The position numbers were made by a program, and so were the translations under genes. Positions 22,756 to 31,611 of a stretch of 64,000 bases of DNA are shown here, piece after piece. Source of the stretch: an uncultured delta proteobacterium (GTDB lineage: Bacteria > Desulfobacterota > Binatia > UBA9968); NCBI GenBank assembly GCA_963755715.1, contig CAVWLW010000007.1, forward strand, positions 9,411-73,410. Direction: 5' to 3'. Below the pieces are notes generated by a model. It was not told the DNA's origin. It saw nothing but the letters and a program-made list of their open reading frames with translations, and ran no database searches. Every line of letters begins with the position of its first letter. Position 1 is the stretch's first letter.

Positions 22756-23307
22756 ATGAAAAAACAAATAACCTTAAAGGTAAACGGCGAAACGCACGAT
22801 GTTGAGATGGAAGCGAACCGTCTTCTGTTGCACGTGCTCAGAGACAACCTCGGCCTGACCGGAACCAAGGAAGGCTGCAGCATCGGTGTTTGCGGCGCTT
22901 GCAGCGTCATCGTCGACGGCCGCTTGGTCAGCTCCTGTTTGACGCTGGCGGCAGGCTGCAACGGCAGGAACATCGAAACCATCGAAGGTCTCGCCAAGGA
23001 CGGCAAGCTGCATCCGCTCCAACAGGCGTTTATCGAATACGGCGGTTTTCAATGCGGCATCTGCACGCCGGGGCAAATCATGGCCGCCAAAGCCTTGCTC
23101 GATGAAAATGCCAATCCGAGCGAAGAGGAAGTTAAAGAATGGATGTCGGGCAATCTCTGCCGCTGCACCGGCTATTATAAAATCTTGGAATCGGTCATGG
23201 CCGTGGTCGATGGTAAAACTGATCCTAACTATACTTTTCGCAAACGCGAGACTACGGCGAAAATCCAGAGCCTCGACGTTTACAAGCCTGTCGCTAAAAC
23301 GAATTGA
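22756..23307 (+). CDS. 2Fe-2S small subunit (CoxS/XdhC-like)
   Basis: GCSIGVCGACSV, QCGICTPG, NLCRCTGY. Confidence 0.95.
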   Translation: MKKQITLKVNGETHDVEMEANRLLLHVLRDNLGLTGTKEGCSIGVCGACSVIVDGRLVSSCLTLAAGCNGRNIETIEGLAKDGKLHPLQQAFIEYGGFQCGICTPGQIMAAKALLDENANPSEEEVKEWMSGNLCRCTGYYKILESVMAVVDGKTDPNYTFRKRETTAKIQSLDVYKPVAKTN

Positions 23308-23420
23308 TCGCTGCGAGCAGAATCTCCTCGCCTGACATGTGAAGACCTGAGAAATCTTCGCACGGCTACAGAAGAAGTTCATCACCCCAGAATGTTTAAT
23401 CGGGAGTGCAGCAGAGTTTG

Positions 23421-23454
23421 GCCTGGAATCCCGCTAAAAGCATGCGGGCAATGC
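23421..23454. repeat. REP-like short palindrome (inverted copy of 26993-27027)
   Basis: gcctggaatcccgctaaaagcatgcgggcaatgc is nearly the reverse complement of tgtcattcccgcatgcttttagcgggaatccaggc. Confidence 0.8.
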
Positions 23455-23520
23455 CGGATTTGTAGAAATTTCACGAGCTGAATTGAAGCATACAATTGAA
23501 TGTCGTAGAGAACACTAATT

Positions 23521-25810
23521 ATGTGCAAACCCACAGAAATTTTCCGTCGTCGGCAAACGGGTTCAACGGGTCGAGGGCTTCGATAAGGTCACCGGCGACT
23601 CCGAGTACATCGCCGACATTTATCTTCCCGGCATGCTGATCGGCAAAGTTCTGCGCAGCCCGTTTCCCCATGCTCGGATCCGCCACATCGATACGAGCAA
23701 AGCCGAAAAACTTGCCGGCGTGCGCGCCGTCGTCACCGCCGAGGACACCATCAAGCGGCCGTGGGGCGCGTTCTTCGCCGATCAATATATTCTTTCCGTT
23801 GGCAAAACCCGGTACGTAGGCGAAGAGGTCGCGGCAGTGGCAGCCATCGATACGGATACGGCTGAAGAAGCCATTGACTTGATCGAGGTCGATTGGGAAC
23901 CGCTTCCGGCCGTATTCGATGCCGAAGAGGCGATGAAAGACGGCGCCGCGTTGGTGCACGACGACAAGCCGAACAACATCGCCATGCACTTGGACCTGGA
24001 GCGCGGCAACGTCGCCCAAGCCTTCGCCGAATCCGACGTCATCGTCGAAGATACTTTCACGAGCATGCCCCAGTGGCACTGCTCGATCGAGACCATCGGC
24101 AGTGTTGCCGAATACGCCACCAGCGGCAAATACACCGTCTACATGAACACTCAGACGTTGTTCAACGCGCGCTACCGCATCGCCACCGCGTTGGGCGTTC
24201 CCGAGACCGACGTGCGGATCATTCAGAGCGCGGTCGGCGGCGGCTTCGGCGGCAAATCCTGCGACGACAACAACGCTCTGGTCGCCGCGGTTCTGGCGAA
24301 GAAAGCGCGCAAGCCGGTCAAGTTGATCAACACCCGCGAAGAGGAATTTCTCGCCGGCTGCCGGCCGCGCGTCTTCATGAAGATCAACGTCAAGATGGGC
24401 TTCAAAAAAGACGGCCGCATTCGCGCCAAGGATATAAAAGTCATCGCCGACAACGGCGCCTACTCGGCCAAAGCGCCGGCGATCACCGGCGTTGCCGCCA
24501 TGCGCCACGACACCTGCTATAAATATTCCGACGTCAAGATCGACGCCAAGCTGGTCTATACCAACAAAATTCCTACCGGCGCGTTTCGCGGCTTCGGCAA
24601 TCCGTCGGCGGAATGGGCGGTCGAACAGGCCATCGACCTCGGCGCTCACGCGCTCGGCATCGATCCCATGGAACTCGCCCGCATCAACGCCGCCGAAGTC
24701 GGCTACGTTTCGCCGCACGGCAACCGGGTCACCAGCTGCGAGCTGAAGCAGTGCCTCGACATGACCGAAAAGATGATCGATTGGAAAACCAAGCGCGCCA
24801 ACAAGCAACCCAATACCGGTTTGGGTCTAGCCTGCACGGTTCACGTCAGCGGCAAGCGCCACTTTGGCGACTACGATGGCAGCTCGGCGACGATCAAGAT
24901 CAACGAGGACGGCAAGGCGTTAATACTCAGCGGCGAGGGCGAGTGCGGCCAAGGCGTGCACACGGCGATGTGCCAGATCGCCGCCGAGGAGCTTGGCGTG
25001 CCGGTGGAAGACGTGGAAATTTCCCGCGCCGACACCGACCTCACGACGTTTTGTTTAGGCGCTTTCGCCAGCCGCCTTACCTACGTGAGCGGCAACGCGG
25101 TCAAAAACGCCGCGACCAACGTCAAGCAGCAATTGTTCGAGCAAGCCGCGGAAATGTTGGAAGCCAACGCCGCCGATCTCATATCGCGCGATGGTAAAAT
25201 TTTCGTCAAGGGCGCGGAGGGAAAATCGCTGACGGTGTCCGATGTCGCGCGCGCGCGGCTGTTCCGCCACAACGGCGCGCCGATCGTCGGCTCGGGCAGC
25301 TTCGACGCCGACTCCGTGCTGCCCGACAGCACCCGCTTCGGCAACGAGTCCGGCGCCTACAACTACGGCGCCCAAGCCGCCGAGGTGCACGTCGATCCGG
25401 AAACCGGGCAAGTGCAAATTTTGCAATTCGTCGTCGCATCGGACTGCGGCACGGTGATTTATCCGCTCGGCGCCGAGGGCCAGGTCGAGGGCGGGCTCGC
25501 GCAAGGCATCGGCTACGCGCTCACCGAAGGCTTGCAGATCGACGAAGGCCGGCCGATCAATCCGAATTTTTCCGACTATCGCATTCCGTCCATGCGCGAC
25601 ATGCCGCCGCTCCAGCATGCCTTCGCGGATTCCTATGAACCGACCGGACCCTTCGGCGCCAAGGGTTTGGGGGAGCTGAACATGGACCCGACCGCGGCGG
25701 TCATCAATAATGCGATCTTCGACGCCGTCGGCGTGCGGGTGAAAACTTTGCCGATCACGCCGGAAAAAATTCTCCGCGCGCTCAAAGAAAAACGCGAGAA
25801 GAATAATTAA
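23521..25810 (+). CDS. Xanthine dehydrogenase-family molybdopterin large subunit L3 (+1 base just after the ATG)
   Basis: FSVVGKRVQRVEGFDKVTG upstream of ORF 23633; GGGFGGK, GAFRGFG, ECGQG, GPFGAKGLGE. Confidence 0.93.
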
Positions 25811-25891
25811 AGCCTATGCCACAACAAGCAGAGTCTTTACCGCGAAGGTCCCAGCGCGGCAGAGCCGCAATCAAAGTCGATACCGATTTTT

Positions 25892-25971
25892 CACCACGAA
25901 GGTCGCGAAGAGCACGAAGCTAAAAAATTATTTTGTCTAAATCCTTCGTGGCCTTCGTGTGCTTCGTGGTG
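25892..25971. repeat. Palindrome built from three 9-nt units per arm
   Basis: caccacgaag-gtcgcgaag-agcacgaag, an AT-rich loop, then cttcgtggc-cttcgtgtg-cttcgtggtg. Confidence 0.8.
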
Positions 25972-26027
25972 GTAGGATTTTTTCTGCGCCGCTCATTGAC
26001 GACTGTTTACTGCATACTGGAGAAAAG

Positions 26028-26888
26028 ATGATTCGATTCGATTACCAGGAACCGACCACGCTGAAGAAAGCTTTCAGTCTGATGGAAAAGCACGGCGACG
26101 AGGGGCGCGTCATTGCTGGCGGCACTTCTTTGCTGATCATGATGCGCCAGCGCCTGCTCACGCCCAAAGTCGTGATCAGCCTGGCCCGCATCCCGAAATT
26201 CGACAAAATAACCTTCAACGCCAAAGACGGTTTGCGCATCGGCGCCGGCGCGCGCCATCGCGACATCGAGCTCTCCCCCGCCGTGCAAAAGCATTATCCC
26301 CTGCTCCATGAAACCTTCCGCAAAGTCGCCCAGCCGCGTATTCGCAACATGGGCACGGTGGGCGGCAATCTCGCCGCCGGCGATCCGTTGACCGACCCTG
26401 GCGCAAGTTTGATCGCGCTCGACGCCGAAGTCACGCTCTCCAGCAGCAAAGGTCAACGAAGGCTGCGCTTGGATGAGTTTTTTATCGACTACTATCAAAC
26501 CGCTTTGGAGCCAGGTGAATTGCTCACGGAAATTCATGTTCCGCCGCCGCAGAGATCCGGCTGGTCCCATATCAAATTCACACCGCGCAGCGTGGAAGAC
26601 TTTGCGACCGTTGGCGTCGCAATTACGTTGCAAACAAGGAATGGCACTTGCGAGGATGTCCGGGTCGGGCTCAATTCCGTAGCTTCCACCATCGTGCGCG
26701 CGCGAAAGGCCGAAGAAGTTCTGCGTGGAAAAACCATCGATGATGCCACTCTCCAAGAAATGGGCGAAGTGGCCTCGACCGAATGTGACCCGACGGACGA
26801 TAACCGCGGTAGCGCCGACTACAAGCGCGAGATGGTCAAGGTCCTGGTGCGCCGTGCGGCCCAAGAAGCGCTCCAACGCGTCAGTTGA
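26028..26888 (+). CDS. FAD-binding medium subunit (CoxM/XdhB-like)
   Basis: IAGGTSL, RIRNMGTVGGNL, DDNRGSADYKR; GGAG RBS before ATG 26028. Confidence 0.93.
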   Translation: MIRFDYQEPTTLKKAFSLMEKHGDEGRVIAGGTSLLIMMRQRLLTPKVVISLARIPKFDKITFNAKDGLRIGAGARHRDIELSPAVQKHYPLLHETFRKVAQPRIRNMGTVGGNLAAGDPLTDPGASLIALDAEVTLSSSKGQRRLRLDEFFIDYYQTALEPGELLTEIHVPPPQRSGWSHIKFTPRSVEDFATVGVAITLQTRNGTCEDVRVGLNSVASTIVRARKAEEVLRGKTIDDATLQEMGEVASTECDPTDDNRGSADYKREMVKVLVRRAAQEALQRVS

Positions 26889-26992
26889 TGCCTCAGTGCT
26901 CAACACTCGAGGCTGACAAAGAATTCTCTGGCCTACCGTTCATAGCGCATGCTCCGCGCACAGCGCTTTAATCCCTTTGTGTGAAATCCTTC

Positions 26993-27027
26993 TGTCATTC
27001 CCGCATGCTTTTAGCGGGAATCCAGGC
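26993..27027. repeat. REP-like short palindrome
   Basis: tgtcattcccgcatgcttttagcgggaatccaggc with internal stem ttcccgc/gcgggaa. Confidence 0.8.
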
Positions 27028-27202
27028 GAACTGCGGGGTTGCGATAGGCTCAGAACGAAAAGCGAGCAGGCTGATGAAAAACCGATCTTGCCGAGTGGGC
27101 TTGTTTTGTCGGATTTTAGGTACGCCGATGTCGAGAATGAGCTCGGCGCATGAAGCGAAAAACTAGCGCCGGCGTCTTAGCGTTCTCTATTACGGTGAGT
27201 CG

Positions 27203-27325
27203 CTAGATTTTCTGTAGCGGAAATTTGCTGACAAATTTTTCTCGGGCTATTTTGGCGGATTGCTCTTGCTTCACGACTTTCTGTTTGCGATTCTTTTCTT
27301 TATCCTTCTTGCTTTTGTCGCCCAT
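27203..27325 (-). CDS. 40-aa lysine-rich small protein (not in ORF track)
   Basis: GAAAGGAG RBS 7 nt before the ATG; MGDKSKKDKEKNRKQKVVKQEQSAKIAREKFVSKFPLQKI*. Confidence 0.65.
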   Translation of the reverse strand: MGDKSKKDKEKNRKQKVVKQEQSAKIAREKFVSKFPLQKI

Positions 27326-27364
27326 CGCACAGCTCCTTTCGGGCACCGCGTTCACATGGCGCGC

Positions 27365-27712
27365 TCAGCTTGTCTTCGCCAGCTGCTTGGCACAGGCGTC
27401 GGCAACGCCGCTTTCGGACTTCTCCGCACCCGGCATGATCGACCAAGTTTGCGCGTCGATGTAACGGCCAATTTCCCAAGCATCTTTGCCCTTCATCTGG
27501 ACAAGTTTTTCGCTCTTTGCCTTGTCCCCGTTGAACTGCGCCACACAAATCGTTCCCAAACGCTCCGCCACGGCCGTGGCTGCGGTCTCCTTTGCCATCG
27601 CCACCGCCCCACCGTTGGTCACCCATCCGCCGAAGTTGAAACCGACGTACATGGTTACAAGCGCGCCACCGACGCCACTCCATAAACCGAGCTTAATCTT
27701 TTCCGAATTCAT
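27365..27712 (-). CDS. Hypothetical membrane-anchored protein with a Cys pair
   Basis: N-terminal hydrophobic segment (VGFNFGGWVT), ICVAQF...WSIMPG...VADACA; AAGGGGG RBS. Confidence 0.7.
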   Translation of the reverse strand: MNSEKIKLGLWSGVGGALVTMYVGFNFGGWVTNGGAVAMAKETAATAVAERLGTICVAQFNGDKAKSEKLVQMKGKDAWEIGRYIDAQTWSIMPGAEKSESGVADACAKQLAKTS

Positions 27713-27734
27713 CAGACACCCCCCTTAGGTCAAG

Positions 27735-27950
27735 TCATACACGCCGATTCAATTCGCCGCAGCGATGGCAGATCCAGAAATCGGAAAACTGTCTAGCCGC
27801 GGAACTTTCTTCACAGATCTCGCAATGGAGATGGCGGCAGTCGCCGCAAACGACGCTACCCACCGGTGCGGCCGCCGGCTCATTTTTTAGCCGTATCGCC
27901 GGCGTCGAATTTGGCTCGATCAGAGTAAAGGATTTGTGCTCTCCTGGCAT
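27735..27950 (-). CDS. Small putative zinc-ribbon protein
   Basis: Three CxxC motifs: CGDC, CEIC, CHRC(GELN). Confidence 0.5.
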   Translation of the reverse strand: MPGEHKSFTLIEPNSTPAIRLKNEPAAAPVGSVVCGDCRHLHCEICEESSAARQFSDFWICHRCGELNRRV

Positions 27951-28122
27951 ATGGACCCCTTGTGGCAACTGTTGTCATCGTCGCGGCGCGCGCCTTCGCC
28001 ACCGCCAAGTCGCAACCGTTATCTCGGGAATAACGATGCAAACGTAAAAAAATATTGAAGAGGCTCGTCGCGCGCGATCTCATCGAGCGCCCCTCTCGCT
28101 TCAAGAGAGTATCCAGGCCAAG

Positions 28123-28452
28123 TCAGGCAAATCGAAACAGCAAGGACGAAAGCCAGGATTTGAACCCGGAACGGATAGGCGGTGATTCGCCGGCTGTTTT
28201 TGTCGCGACTGCACCTAACTGTACAGAGTTCCCTTTAGCGATTCGCTCATCGACCCATCGCTTGCCCATTGTAAATCCGTGGGCGTTCGCGTCCCGTGCC
28301 GTGCTAAATGCCTCGTTGAGCATCAGTCGGGCCTCCGGGTCGTGGCCCCGTTTATGGCGAATTTCTACAAAAGGGATACACGACGAGTTGCCAGAATTGT
28401 CAGGAGTATGAAGAACGGAAATGTAATAATCGTTGTAACGCTGGGTGGCCAT
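28123..28452 (-). CDS. Small hypothetical protein (F-x-T...WVD type)
   Basis: AGGGAG RBS; MATQRYNDYYISV...FSTARDANAHGFTMGKRWVDERI. Confidence 0.65.
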   Translation of the reverse strand: MATQRYNDYYISVLHTPDNSGNSSCIPFVEIRHKRGHDPEARLMLNEAFSTARDANAHGFTMGKRWVDERIAKGNSVQLGAVATKTAGESPPIRSGFKSWLSSLLFRFA

Positions 28453-28651
28453 CGCGGAATCTCCCTTTGTTCGGGCTTCCGGTCCTGCGGACCCGGCGTT
28501 TAAGCTCGGACGGCTCTTTGTAGCGTGCACATTATACCCGATTGCCTGAAGTTACAATGGCAGAACGAATTACTCCCGCCGTCTCGACTAACACTTCAGG
28601 CCGGGTAGCATGAGAGAGCGACAATGAAAATATTTTTTTCTACTTTATCGC

Positions 28652-28667
28652 CGGCCATTTGATTGCT
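28652..28667 (+). promoter_or_regulatory. Candidate sigma54 (-24/-12) promoter
   Basis: cGGccatttgattGCt: GG-N10-GC with TTGCT, upstream of ORF 28681. Confidence 0.45.
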
Positions 28668-28680
28668 TTAAAGCTTCATA

Positions 28681-28938
28681 ATGACTACTCTGTTGAGCAT
28701 GAGCAGCGGCAACCGACAAAGTAAAAAATACAAAGTTAAAGAATCTTACCGTAGTCAGGCCTACACCGGAGTAATTAGTTTAGACCCCTGGACAAATTCA
28801 TGGGCATGGAAAGGTCAGGTCGACTTTAACGCGGGACTCCATTCGATGTTCACCAACCGCACCTTCACTACCGCGTTGCAGGCTGAAGACCACATGCGTC
28901 AATCCGCGCATCTGTGCATTGACAACAGGCTTGGCTGA
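28681..28938 (+). CDS. Small hypothetical protein (F-x-T...ID type)
   Basis: SYRSQAYTGVISLDPWTNSWAWKGQV...TFTTALQAEDHMRQSAHLCIDNRLG. Confidence 0.6.
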   Translation: MTTLLSMSSGNRQSKKYKVKESYRSQAYTGVISLDPWTNSWAWKGQVDFNAGLHSMFTNRTFTTALQAEDHMRQSAHLCIDNRLG

Positions 28939-29032
28939 GCCGAATTAACACTCGCGCTGAAATTCCTTGCTGGAACGATTGAACGGGCAGCAGTATATCT
29001 ACGGAGAAAAAAGAGCCTGGCGCTTCGATGCG

Positions 29033-29227
29033 TCAGGTCTGAGGAGTAGCCCAGCGCACTTTCCCTGCGGCGATCTCGCGAAGAGCAATAACAATATCTC
29101 GGTTGTCCGATTTCACAACTGGCTTGGCGCCTTTCAAAAGCTGCTTTGCTCGTATTGACGTGAGCAATACGAGCTCAAACCGACTCGAAACTTTATCTAA
29201 ACAATCTTCAACGGTTATTCTAGCCAT
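29033..29227 (-). CDS. rpoZ: RNA polymerase omega subunit (short, outside its usual gene context)
   Basis: [30 protein letters not shown]...[11 protein letters not shown]. Confidence 0.92.
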   Translation of the reverse strand: MARITVEDCLDKVSSRFELVLLTSIRAKQLLKGAKPVVKSDNRDIVIALREIAAGKVRWATPQT

Positions 29228-29495
29228 AGCCACACACTGTAGGCCTCGGGACCGTAGAACACAAGGACAATTTCTACAGTTTTGCCGCCTGCGTTCCTTT
29301 TTCCACCGCTAGTTTCCATAATCATCAGCGATCCCACGGAGTTATTCGAAACGCGCTCACCAGACAGGGGATACATTTATTTTTCACTTCGGCGGGCAAC
29401 CAGCCGATGCTTTCAGCGTCGCAATGAACTCAAATTTTTCTACAGCGGGGGAGTTGGCAATGCTATAAAAGCCCGCCGCTGCGAGGTCCCTCCAA

Positions 29496-29753
29496 CTACG
29501 TGTACCTGTACCCGGATTCGCCGTGTTCGATTGCGTCGAGAACGGCCTTTTCGATTTTTTCGAGTTCCTGATTCAGAAACCATGACATGGGGATTTCAAC
29601 TCGCGCTTCCTTCCATCGGCCGGGATTTTGAAAAACACATAAATCCTCCGGATCGATAGGATCATTGCGCGACGGCTTCATTATGATCCAAAGGTCATCT
29701 TGCTGATCGAGAATCGATTGCAGGACCTCTCGTTTGTTCGGCAGCGTTCCCAT
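29496..29753 (-). CDS. Small acidic hypothetical protein
   Basis: 85-aa ATG ORF with GGTGAG RBS and protein-like composition. Confidence 0.55.
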   Translation of the reverse strand: MGTLPNKREVLQSILDQQDDLWIIMKPSRNDPIDPEDLCVFQNPGRWKEARVEIPMSWFLNQELEKIEKAVLDAIEHGESGYRYT

Positions 29754-29896
29754 AGCTCACCGGGTTAAATAATCACGCGTCTACTCAGCTCACTCAGACG
29801 GATACTTCGACCTCTTCCCTGCCGTGCCGGACGACCCGACTCCGCAACCTGTTTTCGCCATTGATATGCCGAGTCCATAGTTTGGGTATTCTCGTC

Positions 29897-30331
29897 TCAG
29901 CGTTCGGCACTCAGACCTTCCCCCTGGCTGGCAACGCGAAGAGCAGCCTGTCCCCGTTGCTTCGTCAATCTTTTTTCTTTTTCTGTCCGAAACCGGTCGT
30001 TGCCTTGCTTAATCCAATAATCTGATTCCTTGTGCGCTTCCGGATCGTTGTATCCAAGGAAATACTGATTTCGGTCTGTGTCATCCTCCCCGACTTCGTC
30101 CATGTCAATGACATCGTCAACCACTATCAAGTCATTTGCGTTCTGCTCGATGCCGCGCACTTCTCTTTGGCCAACCGCGCTTCCTCCGACGGATTCAACC
30201 AGCGCCCAGCAGACGATGGCCCGATTGGAAATTTTTCTTTCTGCATTTGCCGATCCCTCGCAATGAACGGCTTTCCAACCTGCCTGCGCCGGTATGATTT
30301 GGAGAATTTTCCAATTTTTATCTTCGGTCAT
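29897..30331 (-). CDS. Hypothetical protein
   Basis: AGGAGG RBS; KILQIIPAQAGWKAV...AIVCWALVE...YFLGY. Confidence 0.7.
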   Translation of the reverse strand: MTEDKNWKILQIIPAQAGWKAVHCEGSANAERKISNRAIVCWALVESVGGSAVGQREVRGIEQNANDLIVVDDVIDMDEVGEDDTDRNQYFLGYNDPEAHKESDYWIKQGNDRFRTEKEKRLTKQRGQAALRVASQGEGLSAER

Positions 30332-30476
30332 AAGGCCCCTCCTGGCATTGAGCCGCGGTTTTTCATAGTTTACTCGATCTCATCAATGTCGCCGAATGTT
30401 CGAGCGCAGTTTAACGCTATCATCTGAAACGAACCCCAATCCAGCTCAGCCGACAGCCGTATTTAACAACGCTGTT

Positions 30477-30704
30477 TCAGATCGCGACGGCCGTCTGCTC
30501 ATCGATCCAGTCCCGGCATAGCTTGAGTCCATACTCTTCGGCGGGGCGCCTGGCTCTGAAGGTTAACTCCGTGGAGGTCTCGATTCGTTTAATCTCGATG
30601 GTTTGGTTAAGATCCCGATCAAAAACCAGCCCGCGCACGCCCCACCGATGCCCAGACGCCGCAACAGCTATTCCATAAATAGGATGGCCTTTATACTGAC
30701 TCAT
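30477..30704 (-). CDS. Small hypothetical protein (F-x-A...WID type)
   Basis: MSQYKGHPIYGIAV...WGVRGLVF...TFRARRPAEEYGLKLCRDWIDEQ. Confidence 0.7.
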   Translation of the reverse strand: MSQYKGHPIYGIAVAASGHRWGVRGLVFDRDLNQTIEIKRIETSTELTFRARRPAEEYGLKLCRDWIDEQTAVAI

Positions 30705-31001
30705 GATCGTCGCCGACTTTATTGCGCATTCTAATCTTGGTAACCGGGGCAGCTGCCGCCAGACACTTCATTACCGCCTTGCATGCGTTCTACACTATCA
30801 TTTGCAATGAGAATTACCTAACAAGCGTCGAGACGGTATCCGGCCACGACCTTGGCTACTAACCCAAGTGAGAAAGGAGGCCGGGCTCCTCTGTCGAAGA
30901 AAATTTCAATATTTTGGGAATTCTCGAAATGTGTTAACTCCCTCTCAGAGTGTAGCGCCTTCAACGTTTTGAATCGTTAGCTTTTGTCTCTCGCCTCGCG
31001 C

Positions 31002-31496
31002 CTACTCGATACTCGTTTGCGCGGCGCACCACGAAACAAGGTTACTCTGCGGCGCTGTCTCAACGGTCGATCCCGCCCGCGAGACCACGCTCCGCGCGTT
31101 GCTCGCCGATTCGCCCAACGCGAGCAGCACAGAAATGGCAAATGTCGCGGTGCGGCCGACGCCGCCCGCGCAGTGAATCAGCACGGCCTCCCCGGACTGC
31201 AATCGCTTCGCTATGTCGCCTGCAAGCGCCCAGAAAGCACGCCGATCCTCGGGCGCGCCACGGTCAGGAATCTCGAAAGGCAGCACCGAACAGGGAACTG
31301 TGCCGGCTTCAAGTGCCCGCGCGTACTCGGAAGATTTCTCGTGAATTTCATCCTTTTCAGCCAAACACACGATGGCGCCGATTGTTTCACTCCTTACCTG
31401 ATGCCACACGGTCTCGATAGCTTCATAGCGGCCCGGCATGCTGTGCAGCAGGAGTCTCCCAGGAATCCGCGCAGGAAGATCGACGCGACGAAACAT
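31002..31496 (-). CDS. Dual-specificity/tyrosine phosphatase-family protein, copy 1
   Basis: CX5R motif IHCAGGVGRT; IPD acid loop; VET...Q. Confidence 0.9.
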   Translation of the reverse strand: MFRRVDLPARIPGRLLLHSMPGRYEAIETVWHQVRSETIGAIVCLAEKDEIHEKSSEYARALEAGTVPCSVLPFEIPDRGAPEDRRAFWALAGDIAKRLQSGEAVLIHCAGGVGRTATFAISVLLALGESASNARSVVSRAGSTVETAPQSNLVSWCAAQTSIE

Positions 31497-31538
31497 CTTT
31501 ATCCCTCTTGTGCAAACAACTAATTCAGAGTTCTATCC

Positions 31539-31600
31539 GTCTTTAACGTCTTTAACGAAGCGCAGTGCTTGAACGATTTGCACGTTTGGAACGGCCTTCG
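31539..31600. repeat. Dispersed degenerate TTGAACG-unit repeat
   Basis: tttaacgtctttaacgaagcgcagtgcttgaacgatttgcacgtttggaacgg; similar tracts at ~32716, ~34907, ~39700, ~39914 and ~60127. Confidence 0.65.
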
Positions 31601-31611
31601 GTTTTTGTGTG

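Noticed and set aside
23519-24808. Long antisense ORFs (also 13220-14395, 4247-5113, 26007-26906)
   Set aside because: They overlap well-supported genes on the opposite strand, as expected in GC-rich coding DNA.
13081-26888. Aerobic CO dehydrogenase or 4-hydroxybenzoyl-CoA reductase
   Set aside because: Active-site loops read AFRGYG, ALRGFG and AFRGFG rather than the CoxL motifs AYxCSFR or AYxGAGR, and the FAD subunits lack the Cys-rich 4Fe-4S insert of HcrB.
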